This document shows, one piece after another, positions 1 through 14,545 of a DNA stretch of 64,000 nt. Position numbers and translations under genes: made by a program. The notes under the pieces were generated by a model. It saw only the letters and a list, made by a program, of their open reading frames with translations, was not told the origin of the DNA and did not search any database. Origin of the DNA: Chrysomallon squamiferum (taxonomy: Eukaryota > Animalia > Mollusca); assembly GCA_012295275.1 (NCBI GenBank), contig CM022678.1, positions 1,054,001 to 1,118,000 of the forward strand. Reading direction: 5' to 3'. Every line of letters starts with the position of its first letter. Position 1 is the first letter of the stretch.

Positions 1-600
1 AAGAGGAGTTTCACCTTTTCTGTTCTTAACATTTACATCAGCACCTTTTTCAATCAGTGCTGTCACAATTTCTACATTTTGATTCTTAGCTGCAAAGTAT
101 AAAAGAGAACTGTTATCATTGTCTGTTAAATTAGGATCAGCTCCTTGTTTTAGTAAATATAAAAATATTTTGTAATGTTGAAATTTAACAGCTAGAAAAA
201 CAGGAGTTTCACCTTTTCTGTTCTTTACATTTATATCAACACCTTTTTCAATCAGTGCTGTAACAATTTCTATATATCCATGCTTTGCTGCTAAGTGTAA
301 AACAGAACTGTTATTATTGTCTGTTAAATTAGGATCAGCTCCTTGTTTTAGTAAATACAAAAATATGTTGTAATGGTGAAACTCAACAGCTGTAAAAAGA
401 GGAGTTTCACCTTTTCTGTTCTTAACATTTACATCAGCACCTTTTTCAACCAGTGCTGTAACAATTTCTACATTTCCATGTTCAGCTGCTAAGTATAAAG
501 CCGAATTGTTATCATTGTCTGTTAAATGAGGATCACCTCCTTCGTTTAGTAAATATAAAGCTATTTCTGGCCTGTGACACATCAAAGATACATGAAGAGG
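1..600 (-). repeat. 198-bp (66-aa) di-ankyrin tandem units in paralog A, about 3 visible
   Basis: The 'ggatcagctccttgttttagtaaata' block recurs at ~131, ~330 and ~528 with period 198. Confidence 0.9.
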
Positions 601-3600
601 AGTTTTCTTATCAATGTTAATTGCATTTATTTCAGCACCTTTTTTTATTACTTCTTTCACAACATCTATGTCAATTTCAGAGGCTGTGTGCAATGCTGAA
701 TTCTTGTTGTGATCTTTTATATTGATATCAGCACCATTTTCCACTAACAACAAAGCTACTTCCTTTCTGTGTGTCACTGCGTTTACAGCTTCATGAAGTG
801 GACTTTTTCCCTTTCTGTTTACTGCATTGACATCAGCATTTCTCTTTATTAGTGATTTTATCATATCTAAGTCACCACGCAGAACTGAGATGTGGAGGGG
901 CGTGTCTGAAGACAATAATTTTGAATTAATTTCGACATGAGACAACAGTTCGAAATCATTTTCATCTTCAAACATCTGAATCAAGTTCTGATTAACAGCT
1001 ACCTTCACATTAGGAACAGCTCCTTTATCAAGAAGACACTGAACAACATCTGCACTGTTAAACATCACTGCCACTTTCAGTACTTGACTTTTCTTCCAAT
1101 TCTCATCTCCATCATTACATCTCTGCTCAATGAGAAAATTCACTGTATCAGTGGCTCCCCATACTGCTGCTGCTAAAAGTACTTTATCTCTGTTCTCATC
1201 ATTTAAACAATCAGGTTTCAGTTTTACTATTTCTTTCATAACACCTGAATTACTCTGACAAGCAGCAATAATAGCAATGTCTTTAATTTTGTTTATTATA
1301 TCAATGGTAACCAGTTTTTTAAAAAGATGGCTTACATCAACAACTTCAGAAGTCTTCGAGTTCCAAAAATGCCATTTTCTTAAATCAAGTCTTACTTGGC
1401 TATGGAACCTAACCAATAACAGTTTAATGGCTTTTTCCTTGATTTCACTGTTGTGTTTCTCATTATTTATCAATTCAGCTAACAAACATGCAATCTGCAT
1501 ATTACCTGAACTAATAGAAGCAAGTAAAAGATCTGAATAGTCATTCAATTTCATTTCTTTTTCACAGTGTAACAGTTCTCTGAGTATGGGAACACTGTCG
1601 GTTTTTGAACAAGCAGCTACACCCAAGGAATCAAATGCTGAAGTAACACCTGATTTTAGCAAAATTCTGACAACATCTTCATCACCAAACAAACAAGAAA
1701 TATTCAAAAGTTCTTTTTTCAGATATGTTAATTTCATTTTACACAGATATTCAGTGAAAAATCTTGACAATGTTCTTAATCCCTTCACAATACATTCACT
1801 TTGAACAGAGGATGAAATTTCAAAATATGTTTCAGTATCCAAGTACTCGTAAATATAATCCTCTGAATAATTGTCAAGAAGACATGAAATATTGCTAAAT
1901 ATTTCATCAAGATTGTCTACATTTACAGATGATATACACAAATGTTCATGATTAGGTAGTTGTTGAAACAGTATTTCAGACAATTTATCATTAAAGTATT
2001 TCTCCTCTATGAGAAACTTGACAAACTCTTCATCTTTGAGTGATGGATGTGAAATAATGTCTTCGGCATTGGTTGATGCCAACAAGTCAGTAAATCTCCG
2101 AGCAAGAACATCAAAGCTGTTAGATTTCACAGTCATTGTAATGTGACTTTTGTTAGACACTCCAGGTGTCACAACATATTCTAACAACATTGAGACAGGA
2201 CACATTTCTAGCAACTCTGCTGCTTTCTTTGGAAACTCTGATGAAAAGATGAGAAACAATGAGTCAAACACTGACTGGTGAATAAATGAATATTTATTGT
2301 CATAAAACTTCAAATAGGTACCACACATTTCATCAGCTGTTTTCTTTATGTCTGTGAGATCAGTGTTTTTTACACTCCGACAGACTCGCTCTAGCTGTCT
2401 TACTAATTTCATTATGGCACTGTCAGAGTCATTTTCAAATGGGTCCAATAAATTAATGCTGAGACTGCCTTGTTGGAACAAAATCAGCAGTAGAACCAGG
2501 TACTTTATCCATGAACCAGGTAATTTATCATTTTTCAAATATTCCAGTTGTTGTGTGAGATATTCTACAGGATTCTCAAAAAACGCAACTCCTCTATTCT
2601 GTGCATCACTTGAATTAACATAATACACACACACCTGAGGAAATCCTAACTTTGTACATGAACAATAAATGACAGTCCATTTATCATCTTCTTCCATTGT
2701 AACATTCTTTTGTTCGAGATATGTGTTTAGAATTTCTAACTTCTCATCATCATTCAGACAACATTCATCGCTTTGCAGGTCAAGGAGATGATTTTCATTG
2801 AAGAGATCAAATTCGTTCAGACTGGCTATAATTTCTGTAAATATTTGTTTTCTTAAAGTAATAATACATCTCACACGCTCGTCTTTAACAAGACTCCACA
2901 CCTCTGGAAATAGCTGCTTCCAACACGACACAAAATCTAATACAAGATTAGTTTTACCAAATATGTCATCAATGAGAACAATACATGGTTTATCTTTAAA
3001 CACAGGAATGTATTTGAAATCAGAGTGATGAGTCACGATGTAAGGGTCTATTTTTTCTTTTTTCTCTATCTGTTTAATCATGTTCAGAGCTAGAGTTGTC
3101 TTTCCTGAACCTGGACATCCTACTACAATCACAACACCATTCTTTTTCAAAAGTGTTAGTCCTCTTTCTTCTGCTCTTGTTTCAACATAGACTCTCCAGT
3201 CAACTGTGTTTAACTGTGACCTGGTAGACTCTGTATCAACACATTAAAATAAAATAATATCTATTATTGATATATTTTAAATATATTTTACTATTTAGAT
3301 ATAGATAATATAATTTTAAACTAGTCATCAGATGTGAAATTTTTAAAATAAAGCAGAAGTTTTTTGTTATAATTTACTTCATCAGAATTTAATGACTATA
3401 CCATATCACAGTTTTAGCTGGTGTAAAAGTAACATAATGATTATCTTCTTATAAATTAAATCTTACAGAAGTAACAAAAACAATAAAAAATAAATAAAAA
3501 TAAACCTTTCATATGGGACGCTCGTCCATCAGTCTTTGCTGAAATAATATAAAAATAAAACAAGTAAATTTATATTATTGATGATGAGCAAAAGAGTATT

Positions 3601-3765
3601 ATTAAAGTGAAATGTACAGTTACTCTGTACTTCATTCATGGAACAATCAACATATAACATTATTATTATCTTTCTGATTTATTTTAGTAGAATTATTACT
3701 ACTAGTATTAAAACTACTGCTGTTGTTATTTCTCACTATTGTTACTTAGTTATTGTTATTGTTCA

Positions 3766-3803
<38 letters not shown>

Positions 3804-3910
3804 TTTTACTGTTTTTCAGTAGTTGCAAGTGAAAATAATGACATATATTGGCTTGATTAACACATGCTGAATTCTCTTAAAAAGAAAATCTAGATAAGAT
3901 TGATGGCACT

Positions 3911-3950
<40 letters not shown>

Positions 3951-4945
3951 CGGTGGGACGTCATAAGCACATAAGACAAAAGTGGGCCAACAAAACTGCG
4001 CTGGCGTAACATTTGTTATTATTACTGTTATTTTAATTATTATTTTATAAATATTAACAAATCATAAACTTCAAACATTTAGTTCCAAATTATAAGCATT
4101 CCTAGGTAGTCCATGACTTCAGTTTCTTCAAATTGTACGACGAGTGTTAGGAGGGCTGCTTTGGATCTCACAGATTTGGGAAATTTTTAAATACTGATTG
4201 GCCAGCATTAACATGTGTTATGACATTTTCCTAAGGAACTGTTCTTATCTGACTGATGCAGGATTATATTGTTCAATTTCACAACTTACAAGCATTATTT
4301 CTCAGATCCACATGTAGATCATACACTGCACACAGTATGAATAAAATCTGTCATTTGTTAGTATTATTGAATAAAACAATGTTTTAAAAAATGTGTAAAA
4401 TTCTTTATATTAAATGTAACTTTTTGCGTTTTTATACATATATACTAATGAGTATTTTGATGCATATTCTAATAAACAGGCAGGCAGGCAAAACAAAAGT
4501 TTCTGTTTTTGACTTGTCAATTAAATATTTTTAGTCTCATAATAGAACATTTCTAAAGTGAGATATATCTTAGTCACTCAGGCCAATGTTGTTGATGTGA
4601 TGAATGTCAGTTTAATTGTATCCATGAGCAATCTATCATTCAGCATAGCACAAAATGTTGTACAATCCTCATGTGAACTAAATGGTCGTTCACACAATTT
4701 GTGCACTCTTGGTAGTGGGTAGGCATATATGTGTGTATGCATTATGTCTGTGTTTGTTCATACACATATTTGGTCATACTGTTTGATGGTAAAATACTAC
4801 CAATTAATGTAACATACATTTCTGTTATCGATTAAAAATGTTTTGATTTTTAACTTACTGGTTTTCACAGCTTCATCTCCTGATACACTACTTCTGTTAC
4901 TTGATAGATTTTCATCTGTTTTCATATTTACATTACATTCTACCA
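1..4945 (-). CDS. NLR-like nSTAND3-type NTPase + ankyrin-repeat protein, paralog A (partial at both ends). Exons 4945-4859 (87 nt), 3538-3506 (33 nt), 3230-<1
   Basis: The large exon starts after an ag acceptor and reads ..DWRVYVETRAEERGLTLLKKNGVVIVVGCPGSGKTTLAL (Walker A ~3097-3120) ..CIVLIDDIFGK (Walker B) ..YSFIHQSVFDS.., then ankyrin repeats (GADPNLTDNDNSS../GETPLFTAV). Frame is consistent at spot checks and runs off the window, so it is absent from the ORF track. The small exons have ag/gt ends and keep phase 1. No start exon found. Confidence 0.88.
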
Positions 4946-5865
4946 CTGCAAAAAGAAAAAGAAGTTATTTAAAGTCAGAGCCTACAAGTGTTATTTCTAA
5001 AACTGTCTGTAGCTACATGAAGAGCATACAGTATCAAAAATGTGTGTTTATGTGTGTCTGTGTGTGTGTTTTTGCATATATCACCAGCTATTGCTAAAAC
5101 ATGCATACTGACATAAGATAATGAAAATGACAATTTTAGAAGCAGTTTCTAAAAACAAAGGTGAGAAAAATATCTAACTGCAGAGAATGTCACATATGAC
5201 AAGTGGGCTTTGTATTCTGGACAACATTAATGGGTTCAAGGAATTTAGTCAGTGTTTAATTTAATGAAAAATAAGTAATTTTGATATGGTAAAATTTAGC
5301 TATGTAGTTGCTGGAGGTCAGCACTGCAGTAAAATGACTTCTAAATAATTACTGAGTGAGACTGGTGATGTCAACTTGTCAGTTAATGAATCATGTTTTA
5401 ATTGTGAAGTTCACTGCTGTTTTATGTTACACCCAGTAAGATCATGTGCACCAAAACAGGATACAATTTCCATCAACTTTACAAATACACATACACACAT
5501 ATATGCATACACACACACATATATATATATGCATACACACACACACATATATATATACGCACATATATTTACATACATATACACATATACATACATATAC
5601 ACATATACATACTTATAAATATATACATACATACATATTCAATACATACACACACATACACAGACACACATACATACATACATTCTTCTCTGTACTTTAA
5701 TCCTAAAGTTTATGACAGTAAAGTCATTGTCATTGTCATTGTGACACTTGTAAACAAAACTTATTGTGGCACTTGATCATAACACAATCTCATAGAAAGG
5801 CAGTCATCAACAATGAAATGTCCAACAATATATACAAAACATACAAAATATGTAACATGTATGTG

Positions 5866-5918
<53 letters not shown>

Positions 5919-6066
5919 GTTAGAACATACAAACCAAACTCATAAGTACACGAAGTACATACACTGTTATTAACTATACAAAAATTAGGATCTTTACTTT
6001 TGTGTACCAGAAGATATTTTCCTAAGATTTTTCCTCTCTTTCTTTCTGTTATTTTTATTATTATTA

Positions 6067-6111
<45 letters not shown>

Positions 6112-6299
6112 AAGTTTTAATTTCTTATTCTTTATTATCACTGTATATAGTAACAGAATAAAATGAAAAACACTGACTATTACACTAATATTATTGAAAT
6201 TGACTTAATTAGTCCTTCAGCTATAACAATCAGATGTGCAACAAATAAGAGACAAACACCATTTGTCCATTTTCATCCAAAACAACAATAAAATAAAAA

Positions 6300-6453
6300 A
6301 TAAAAAAACTACTTTTCATTTTGGATGCTTGTCCATCGGTAACGATTATAAAAATAAAACAAGTTTATATTACTGATGATGAGTACAAGAAAATGATTAA
6401 AGTGACCTGTACAGTTATTCATGGAAGTGTCAACATATAACATTATTATTATC
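6300..6453 (-). pseudogene. Degenerate duplicate of paralog A's 33-nt exon and upstream intron, cut off by the duplication junction
   Basis: Aligns with 3495-3670 (gtccatc..aaaataaaacaag..tgatgatgag..catataacattattattatc); the acceptor is lost. Confidence 0.65.
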
Positions 6454-9400
6454 CTGAATCAAGATTCTGATAGGGACCTTACGGAATCAAAAAGTGGTAC
6501 CAGTGATTCGGAAATTGAAAATGCTGAATCTGAAACAGGTTTAAAAATTCATGAAGAATCTGGAAGTAACACAACTGAATCAGAAATTATAAAAGCTGTT
6601 CTAGAAAATAAAGAGGTTTGCATTGGGGAAAGAAATGACAGTGATTTTGAACAGTCAATTTTCACGAGTATGAAATCTACGAAAAGCAGAAAAGAAATTC
6701 AAATTTCATTGGAACTCAGTGGTGTGCCATTCAAAGTGGAAGTAGATACAGGTCTTCTGTGTTGATGATTTCTAATAAAGAGTTATCAGGAAAGATTGAA
6801 GAAAAACAGTACCATTGAAATCAACATCGATTGTGTTGAAAACATACAGATGAAGTGGTGCCAGTCCTGGGGCAAATTGAGGTGATTGTTAAACATGGAA
6901 AGCAGAAAAAACTGTTACCTTTAATTGTGGTGAAAGGAAATGGACCAACTTTGTTTGGACGGAATTGGTTCCAAAACATTCAGTTGGACTGGAACCGTAT
7001 TAATTATTATGAAAACCTGTGGAAACCCTGAAAATTTGTTCAGTAGATATTAAATTTTTCATATGAGTTGGGAACAGTAAATGACATAAGAGCTCATCTG
7101 AAAGTGAAACAGGATGCTACTCCAAAGTTTTTCAAGGCTAGACCAGTACCTTATGCTTTGAAGGAAAAGATAGCTGATGAACTTCACAGACTTGATGCAG
7201 AAGGAATAGTAGAAAAGGTGGATTTTCTGAATGGGCTTCTCCTATTGTACCTGTTTTAAAAACTGACAGTACCATTTGCATTTGTGGCGATTACAAGATT
7301 ACCATAAATCCTGTGTTGGAAGTGCCGAGTACCCTTTGCCCACTGCAGAAGACATTTTCAGCAAACTCAATGGAGGACAAAAGTTCTCCAAACTGGATTT
7401 GTCACATGGATACCAGCAAGTGTTGCTTGATGAAGAGTCGAGGAACTATGTCACAATCAGTACTCACCTTGGACTTTATCGCTATACAAGGTTGCCATTT
7501 GGAGTTGCTGCAGCGCCTGCTATTTTTCAACAAACTATTCACAAAGTGCTTCAAGGGCTAAAAGGTGTAGGTTTTATTTTTGATGACATCATAGTCACTG
7601 GAAAGGATGACACCGAACACTTGAAACATTTGAAAAACACTTTGAAACGCCTAGAAAAATATGGAATTCAACCGAAAAGGTCCAAATGTGCATTGATGAA
7701 AGATGAAGTTGAGTACTTTGCATTTATTGTGAACAAAAATGGGATTCAACCTTTGAAAGAAAAGTTGAAGCTATTCTGAAAGTGCCTGAACCTAAGAACA
7801 AGAGTGAGTTGCAATCTTGGTTAGGTATTGTGAATTATTATCGCAAGTTTGTACCCAACACGTCAACAGTGGTGGCACTGCTAACAGCGTTGTTAACCAA
7901 AAAGACTCGGAGTGGAAATGGAGTGATGATTGTCACCAAGCATTTTTCAAAGTGGGAAAACTGTTAGCATCATCTAAAATTCTTGTCCACTATGACCCGA
8001 TGAAACCAGTAATGTTGGCAGTAGATGCATCTGCGCATGGTCTTGGAGTGGTAATATCACATGGAAATGAAGGATCAGATAGGCCAATAGCATACGCTTC
8101 TAGAACTCTGACATCAGCAGAACGCAAGTATTCCCAGATTGAGAAAGAAGCATTGGCAATAATTTTTGGAATACACAAGTTCCATCAGTACCTGTATGGT
8201 AGAAGATTTACTTTGTTCACAGATCATAAACCACTGACAATGATTTTGGACATAAAAAGAATATTCCTGTTCTGACAGCCTGTCGACTACAGCGTTGGGC
8301 TATTCAGTTAGCTGGATATCAGTTTGACATTAAGAACAGAAAAACTACCAAAAATGGAAATGCTGATGCGTTGTCCCGACTACTACTTCTGCAAACTGAA
8401 GAAATTTCTGAAAATGTGTTTTGGCATGAAGACAAGCAAGCAATGAGAAATCAAGTCAATGGATTACCTATCACTGCAAGAAATATTGCGAAAAGCAACT
8501 TAGTTGACAAAGTGTTATCTCGGGTTGTACATTATAACATGTATGGATGGCCAGAAGAGTCTTCTATTTCACCTGAGCTGTTACCTTATTTCAGAGTGAA
8601 AGATGAATTAACCGTGGAGGAACACTGTCTTCTCAGAGGAATGCGAGTGATTATTCCCGATAAATATCGAACAGATATTCTGTATTATCTTCATGAAAAT
8701 CAAATAGGAATTGTGCGTATGAAAATCTTTGGCTAGATTGGATTTGACCCACCAAACCATGGCAAACAATACATGTTGATTTTGCTGGACCATTCATGAA
8801 AGAAATGTTCATGATTGTGATGGATGCACATTCTAAATGGATCAAAGTTTTCGAATGTCCAGTACCAGAGCAACGCATACAGTAGAGACATTGAGAAATC
8901 TCTTCAAAGTTATGGAACGCCAGAGCAGTTGATTTCTGATAATGGACCTCAGTTTGTTGCAGAGGAATTTGAAACATTTCTTAAGAAAAATGAAGTGAAA
9001 CACATCAAATCAGCTCCATACCATCCAAGTTCAAATGGCGAGGCAGAAAGAGCTGTTCGTACTTTCAAAACTGCAATGAAAACAGTTGAATCACGAACCA
9101 TGAACCAGAAGATTTCATCATTCTTGTTTGCGTATCGGAACAAAATGTAGTCCATCAGAATTGTTTCTTGGCAGACGTGTTCGAACGAGATTGGATATCT
9201 TGCGTCCAAGTTCGGAGAACTCTGTTAAAAAGAGAACTATTCCAAAAGCAAATAAAACACGGGTGTTCAGTGTTGGAGATTCAGTACAAGTGAAGAACTA
9301 CAGAAGATCTGACAAATGGTTGAGTGGAAAAGTATTGTGTCAGCTAGGGCCTGTTACCCACAGAGTGAAAGTTGGAGATTTTGTGTGTAAAAGACATGTG

Positions 9401-9878
9401 GATCAACTTCGTAAATGTGCGTATTCTGAGGATAATAGTATCACTTTCCCAGAACTGTCTGCAGTTGGTACTCAGTCTGAAATGGAATTTGTTGAACCAA
9501 TGGACATACTTGATAAACTGTAATTGAAATATTATGGTGTCCAATGAAAAAAAAAAAAAAAAAATTTTTATTTGTTTTAAGTTCAAAGTTCAGTTGTTTA
9601 ATTATTACTAATTAGTAAAGCACACAAATTTATTTTAGAATTTTAGATATAAGATAATTTGTGGGTAAATTGAAAATTTTGAGGGGAGGAAGTGTTGTAT
9701 CTAAATGGTGTTAGGGTTAACATTGTTACAGTTTACAATGTTTAGGGGAACCGGAATAAGACAGTATTATATGACGTCACCGGGAGCGTGCGTTAGTTCT
9801 TGTTCGTAGCCATTTTAGAAACAAATAAATTGTTTGGAAACTGAAATGAACTTTATGTTTTAATGTTAAAACATAACA
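6454..9878 (+). mobile_element. 5'-truncated Gypsy/Ty3 LTR retrotransposon copy (end of gag, PR, RT, RNase H, IN, PPT, 3' LTR 9693-9878); defective
   Basis: FKVEVDTG protease, [10 protein letters not shown] / RLPFG / FDDIIV RT, VDAS..YSQIEKEALA RNase H, SDNGPQF..SNGEAER integrase; multiple frameshifts and stops. Confidence 0.95.
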
Positions 9879-9977
9879 GTTACGTGACTGACATGCAGAT
9901 ATTTCATGCTTAATCTAGTCTATGTACTTCTAAGTGCAGTTCGTTCTAGGTCACGTGTTTATTTCTATATACCAATT

Positions 9978-10014
<37 letters not shown>

Positions 10015-10060
10015 CAAATTGGGAAGTGGAAAGAGGAAGAAATAAGACAAAATAACTCGA

Positions 10061-10091
<31 letters not shown>

Positions 10092-10655
10092 CATAATAAT
10101 AATTATAATGATAATATAATTTTTTCTTTCCATAATAAGAGTCAAACCTGTTATATAATTTAAAATAAAAAAATTACACTGTGTACAAAAAACAACACAC
10201 ACCCTCAAACACTAAAAGAATGGTAATTAGAAGCGAGATGACATGAATTGTTTATATTTCCTTTTACTATTGACAATTTCAGTTAATAAACAAAAATTGT
10301 GTTAATATGCTAATCAGGGCTAATGATTTTCTCCATGGTGCTTCGGCTACATCTGTGATAGTTTTAATGTATGTTGATGAGTAAATGTTAGCGAGTATTA
10401 GAAAAATCCTAGATGTGGTGTGTAAGTCGCGGCATAAATTCATAATCAAAAAGAAAACAAAAGAAAAAACGCTTTCTTTGTAATAAACTATAAAGCACAC
10501 AAGCCACTCAAACAACTGAAAAATGATAATTAGAAGGGACATAACAGAAATCTTTCCACAATGGCATCATTTGTATTTGCTTTTGCAACCGATAATTTCA
10601 ATTAATAAACAGGAACTTTCTTAATTTCCTCATCAAGAATAGCAAATTTATTATT

Positions 10656-10687
<32 letters not shown>

Positions 10688-11932
10688 TTATGATTATTAT
10701 TATTATTATTATTCACTTCTTCGGAACACAAGTCTGACTTTTACGATATAAGTTTTAGCAATGTTAATGATATATACAGATAACAAACTATTTTTAAAAA
10801 AAAATCAGTAAATAAATAAATCATCACACTTGTACATCAACACAAAAAAATCAATTAAACCATTTATTATTATAACTGGCAAAATTTCATTTTCTATAAT
10901 AAAATAATGAACATTTGCAAAACAATAAAGTTAGTTTTTCCCTAATTCGTATCTACATTACAGTATATGATAATTATAGACACATATAATACGATGTTAC
11001 ACAAAAATGAAAAAAGAAGAATCACATTCGCAATTCAACACTAAAACGTTCCATTAAATCGATTTATAATAAAATAATAAAGACTTGTAAAACAGTAGTC
11101 TGTTCTTTGCTAATTCATTTCTACATGACAAAACTCATGTTAAATATTTCAAGTACATGTCTAGATCACGTGACAATGATCTGATCTTAAACTAACGTGA
11201 CATTGACTAGTGAGCTTGTTTATTTTAAAATCTAACGACAAAGAAAGCTGAGTATTAATAATAAACTTTTCATTCTTAAACACTTACCAAGTCAGTAGAT
11301 ATTGTACTATTTATTTTTGATTTAATTTCTTAATTCATCGCATTATTGTAATTTAATAAATAATTTCATTTAATGAAAACAAGAAATTTAACAATAAGCT
11401 AACTTGAATATTTCGTTACCACTTGTCAAAAAATTATTTTAACAAAAAGATACTCTATGTTAAACAGTTAAAACAAATAATAATAATAACAATAATAATT
11501 ATAATTATAAAAAAAAACCCAGATAAAACAAAAAGATAAATATCATGAACAAAATCAACTAATGAATATAACTGTAATAAGGAGTATCCACTGTAGCCAT
11601 TTTAAATTTCAGCTCAGTTTTAGATTATAATTGAATCAAATCAGAATATAGAAATTAACCTGTTACTTTATTAACGCTGAAGATATTTTTGACCAATGAT
11701 TTCTCATAATTATTCTACCTTTTTTGCAATTCCCGAATTTAGTGAAATAGACCTGTATCAGTATTTGAGGAAACTGATTTATTTCAATTTTCTCTTAATA
11801 AAGAAAGAGTTATTCCGTAGACATGTTATTCCTCCATCGCCTATTTCATAAGACAACTGAACAAAGTGTACTTCGTCAACAGCGGTTTTACTTAGACACC
11901 GCTTCCGTTATTGGAGGATTTTTTCTTTCGTC

Positions 11933-11996
<64 letters not shown>

Positions 11997-12924
11997 ATGA
12001 AGAAAAAAGGAAAAGAAATAAAAAAATAAAATAAAAAATTAAATTAAATTTTAAACAAAATGGTGGCACGTAATTTAAGATTATATTGACACTTTCGGAG
12101 AAGCGCCTGTCCGGAAAATGCAAATATCCTGAAAATCGTGAATGCAAACATGAAACCTAAAATTAACGGAAATACAAAATTTCATTACAGATAGCAGCTA
12201 CATAATACAGTAACAAAGTAATGTAGTAGCAATGTACAGACATAATAACAATGTAAACAAATGTCATACACTACATGAAAAGAAAATTGTAGAATAGGTT
12301 GGGTGAAGTTTGCAAGGTAAGGATAGTGATGGGTACAGTTTTAACTTGATGGAAAGTGCGAGGAGACAACGTTACTGTCATCGTGGGTTACGGAAATAAT
12401 GGCACTCGGAAGAAATGGCACTGTGCAGATTTGGAAAAAATGGCACCTGAAAAATACTTTTTATTGCTTATTGGCGTTTAGTTATTGGTAGTAGTTAAAG
12501 TCATCTTTATAGTGCATGAATAATATTTGAGAAAATTATTTAATGTGAGATGTTCATAATTAAACGTCAGTCAAAACAAATGTAAACCAAAGCTAACCCC
12601 TCTCTCTATATATAAATATATATCGAAAACAAAAATAAAATAAACATTTTAAATTTGCTTCTTTTTCACATTCATAAGAATCTTTCGAAAGTAATTAAAC
12701 AAACTACCTCGCATCTACAAAATTCACATTCTATTATTATTTGATGATAATAAAAATACATAAATAAATGAAGAAAGAACAACAACAATAACATTCAATA
12801 ACAAAATAGCTCTTGAAAGCAAAGAAATATCACGAAAACCAAAAGAAACAATATATTTATACAAAATAATCATTCAGTGTAATTTAAAGACCAATACATT
12901 CCACAAAATAATTTTAATAAAAAA

Positions 12925-13389
12925 TTAGAGTTTCACCTCGACTGTTTTTAATATTTACATCAACATCTTTTTTAATCAGTGCAGTCACAATTTCTGGCTG
13001 CTATGTGTAACAGAACTGTTGTCATTGTCTGTTAAATCAGGATCAGCTCCTTGTTTTAGTAAATATAATGGTATTTCTGGTATAATATAGAATACGGCTA
13101 CAAAAATAGTTTTACCTTCACTGTTAACTACGATTATTTCAACCACCCCGCTTTTTGTTACTTTTTTCATCATATTTGTTAATTTGTGATGTCATGTGCA
13201 ATGTTGAATTGTTTTGTTTAACAGTTATATCAGTATCAGCTCCATTTTCCAGTAACAACAAAGCTACTGCCTTTCTGTGTGTCACTGCTTTTACAGCTTC
13301 CTGAAGTGGAGTTTTTCTCTCAATGTTTACTGCATTAACATCAGCATTTTTCTCTATCAGTGATTTTATCATATCTAAGTCACCACGCA
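12925..13389 (-). pseudogene. Ankyrin-region fragment of the nSTAND3-ANK family (duplicate of 24615-25079)
   Basis: ORFs RGDLDMIKSLIEKNADVNAVNIERKTPLQEAVKAVTHRK and LYLLKQGADPDLTDNDNSS, frameshifted, homologous to 540-890. Confidence 0.85.
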
Positions 13390-13999
13390 TTGGATGTAAT
13401 AGCAGTGTTTCAAACACAGAACAAATTCGTAGTCTATCTGAACAGTATTACTGAATAGAGCAATGTATGTTTTAACAAATGTGTTTAATACTGTTAACTA
13501 ATTACACATAGATACACTGACTGATGACCTCAACATTATTTTACAACATTCAAACAAATAAAAGCCAATATAAGAATAATAATAACTGTCATGAGGAAAC
13601 AATAATTAGTGTGTGTTTTTTATTTAGTTATTTATTTATTTTTTATTTTTGCTGCTTTCAGCTGTCAGACAGTACTTAAACCTCTTTAAATTGTATATTT
13701 ATTATCAATGTAAATAAAAAAGTGTTAGTTTAGAAATAGTAAAATAGTTAACATTATATTGATGTATAGGGTATTGATAAAGATATAAACAAATTTTCAT
13801 ACTCCCTGACGAAGAATCATATATCGTGTTAAAAAAAAATTCTAAAACAACTCTCGTTAAATCTCTAACGGTTGACCTGCAAAAATGTAATCATTATCAC
13901 AAAGCATATAGAGTATGTTTTCTGAACTGCACTATTAAATTACATAAACCTAGTAATTATCAAAACAGTTTTAATAAGTTATATTCTTAGTCAACCCTA

Positions 14000-14545
14000 A
14001 TATCAACCTATTCTATATAAACAATGTAAATGTACATATCATAAGAATAATTTTACTAAATTAAGTAGAACAAACAATGAGAAATTGTTTCAACAATTTA
14101 TATTTACATATTTATTAACACTAATACTAAATTAAGTTAAATAAACAATGAAAATGTATAGAATAGTTTCATAAAGATATATTCTTAGTTTTGTCAATAC
14201 TAACACTAAATTGTAATATTAACAATGCTAATGATAGATAACATCAGAATAGTTTCAGTAAGCATATTTTTAGTTTTCTCAACACCACCACTAAATTGTA
14301 ATCTATAAATAAGGAAAATATACAGAATAGTTTCAGTAAGACATATTCTTGATTTTCTCAATACTAACACTAAATTATAATATAAACAATACAAATGTAT
14401 AGATAATATCAAAATAGTTTCAGTAAGCATATTTTTAGTTTTCTCAACACTACCACTAAATTGTAATATATAAATAAGAAAAATATACAGAATAGTTTCA
14501 GTATGTTATAACACTCAGTTTTCTCAATATCTATACTAAATTGTT
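14000..14545. repeat. Degenerate AT-rich minisatellite (unit about 73-78 bp)
   Basis: Recurrent 'aatagtttcagtaag..atattcttagttttctcaa..actaaattgtaat'. Confidence 0.75.

Larger units (their letters stand above)
6454..13389. repeat. Segmental duplication copy 1 (about 6.9 kb), nearly identical to 18143-25079
   Basis: Identity begins at ctgaatcaagattctgat (6454/18143) and ends at caccacgca (13389/25079). Differences are mostly 1-bp indels and microsatellite lengths. Confidence 0.95.

Noticed and set aside
937-3028. Plus-strand ORFs in the track (also minus ORFs 60738-62654)
   Set aside because: Antisense shadows of the long nSTAND3-ankyrin exons.
5376-5973. Low-complexity ORFs (HT, YV, poly-I/N/Y/L, SL, RE) here and throughout the window
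   Set aside because: Translations of microsatellites.
6421-6765. Host-gag fusion ORF (MEVSTYNIIIILNQDSD..)
   Set aside because: A chance read-through across the duplication junction; the first codons are antisense intron sequence.
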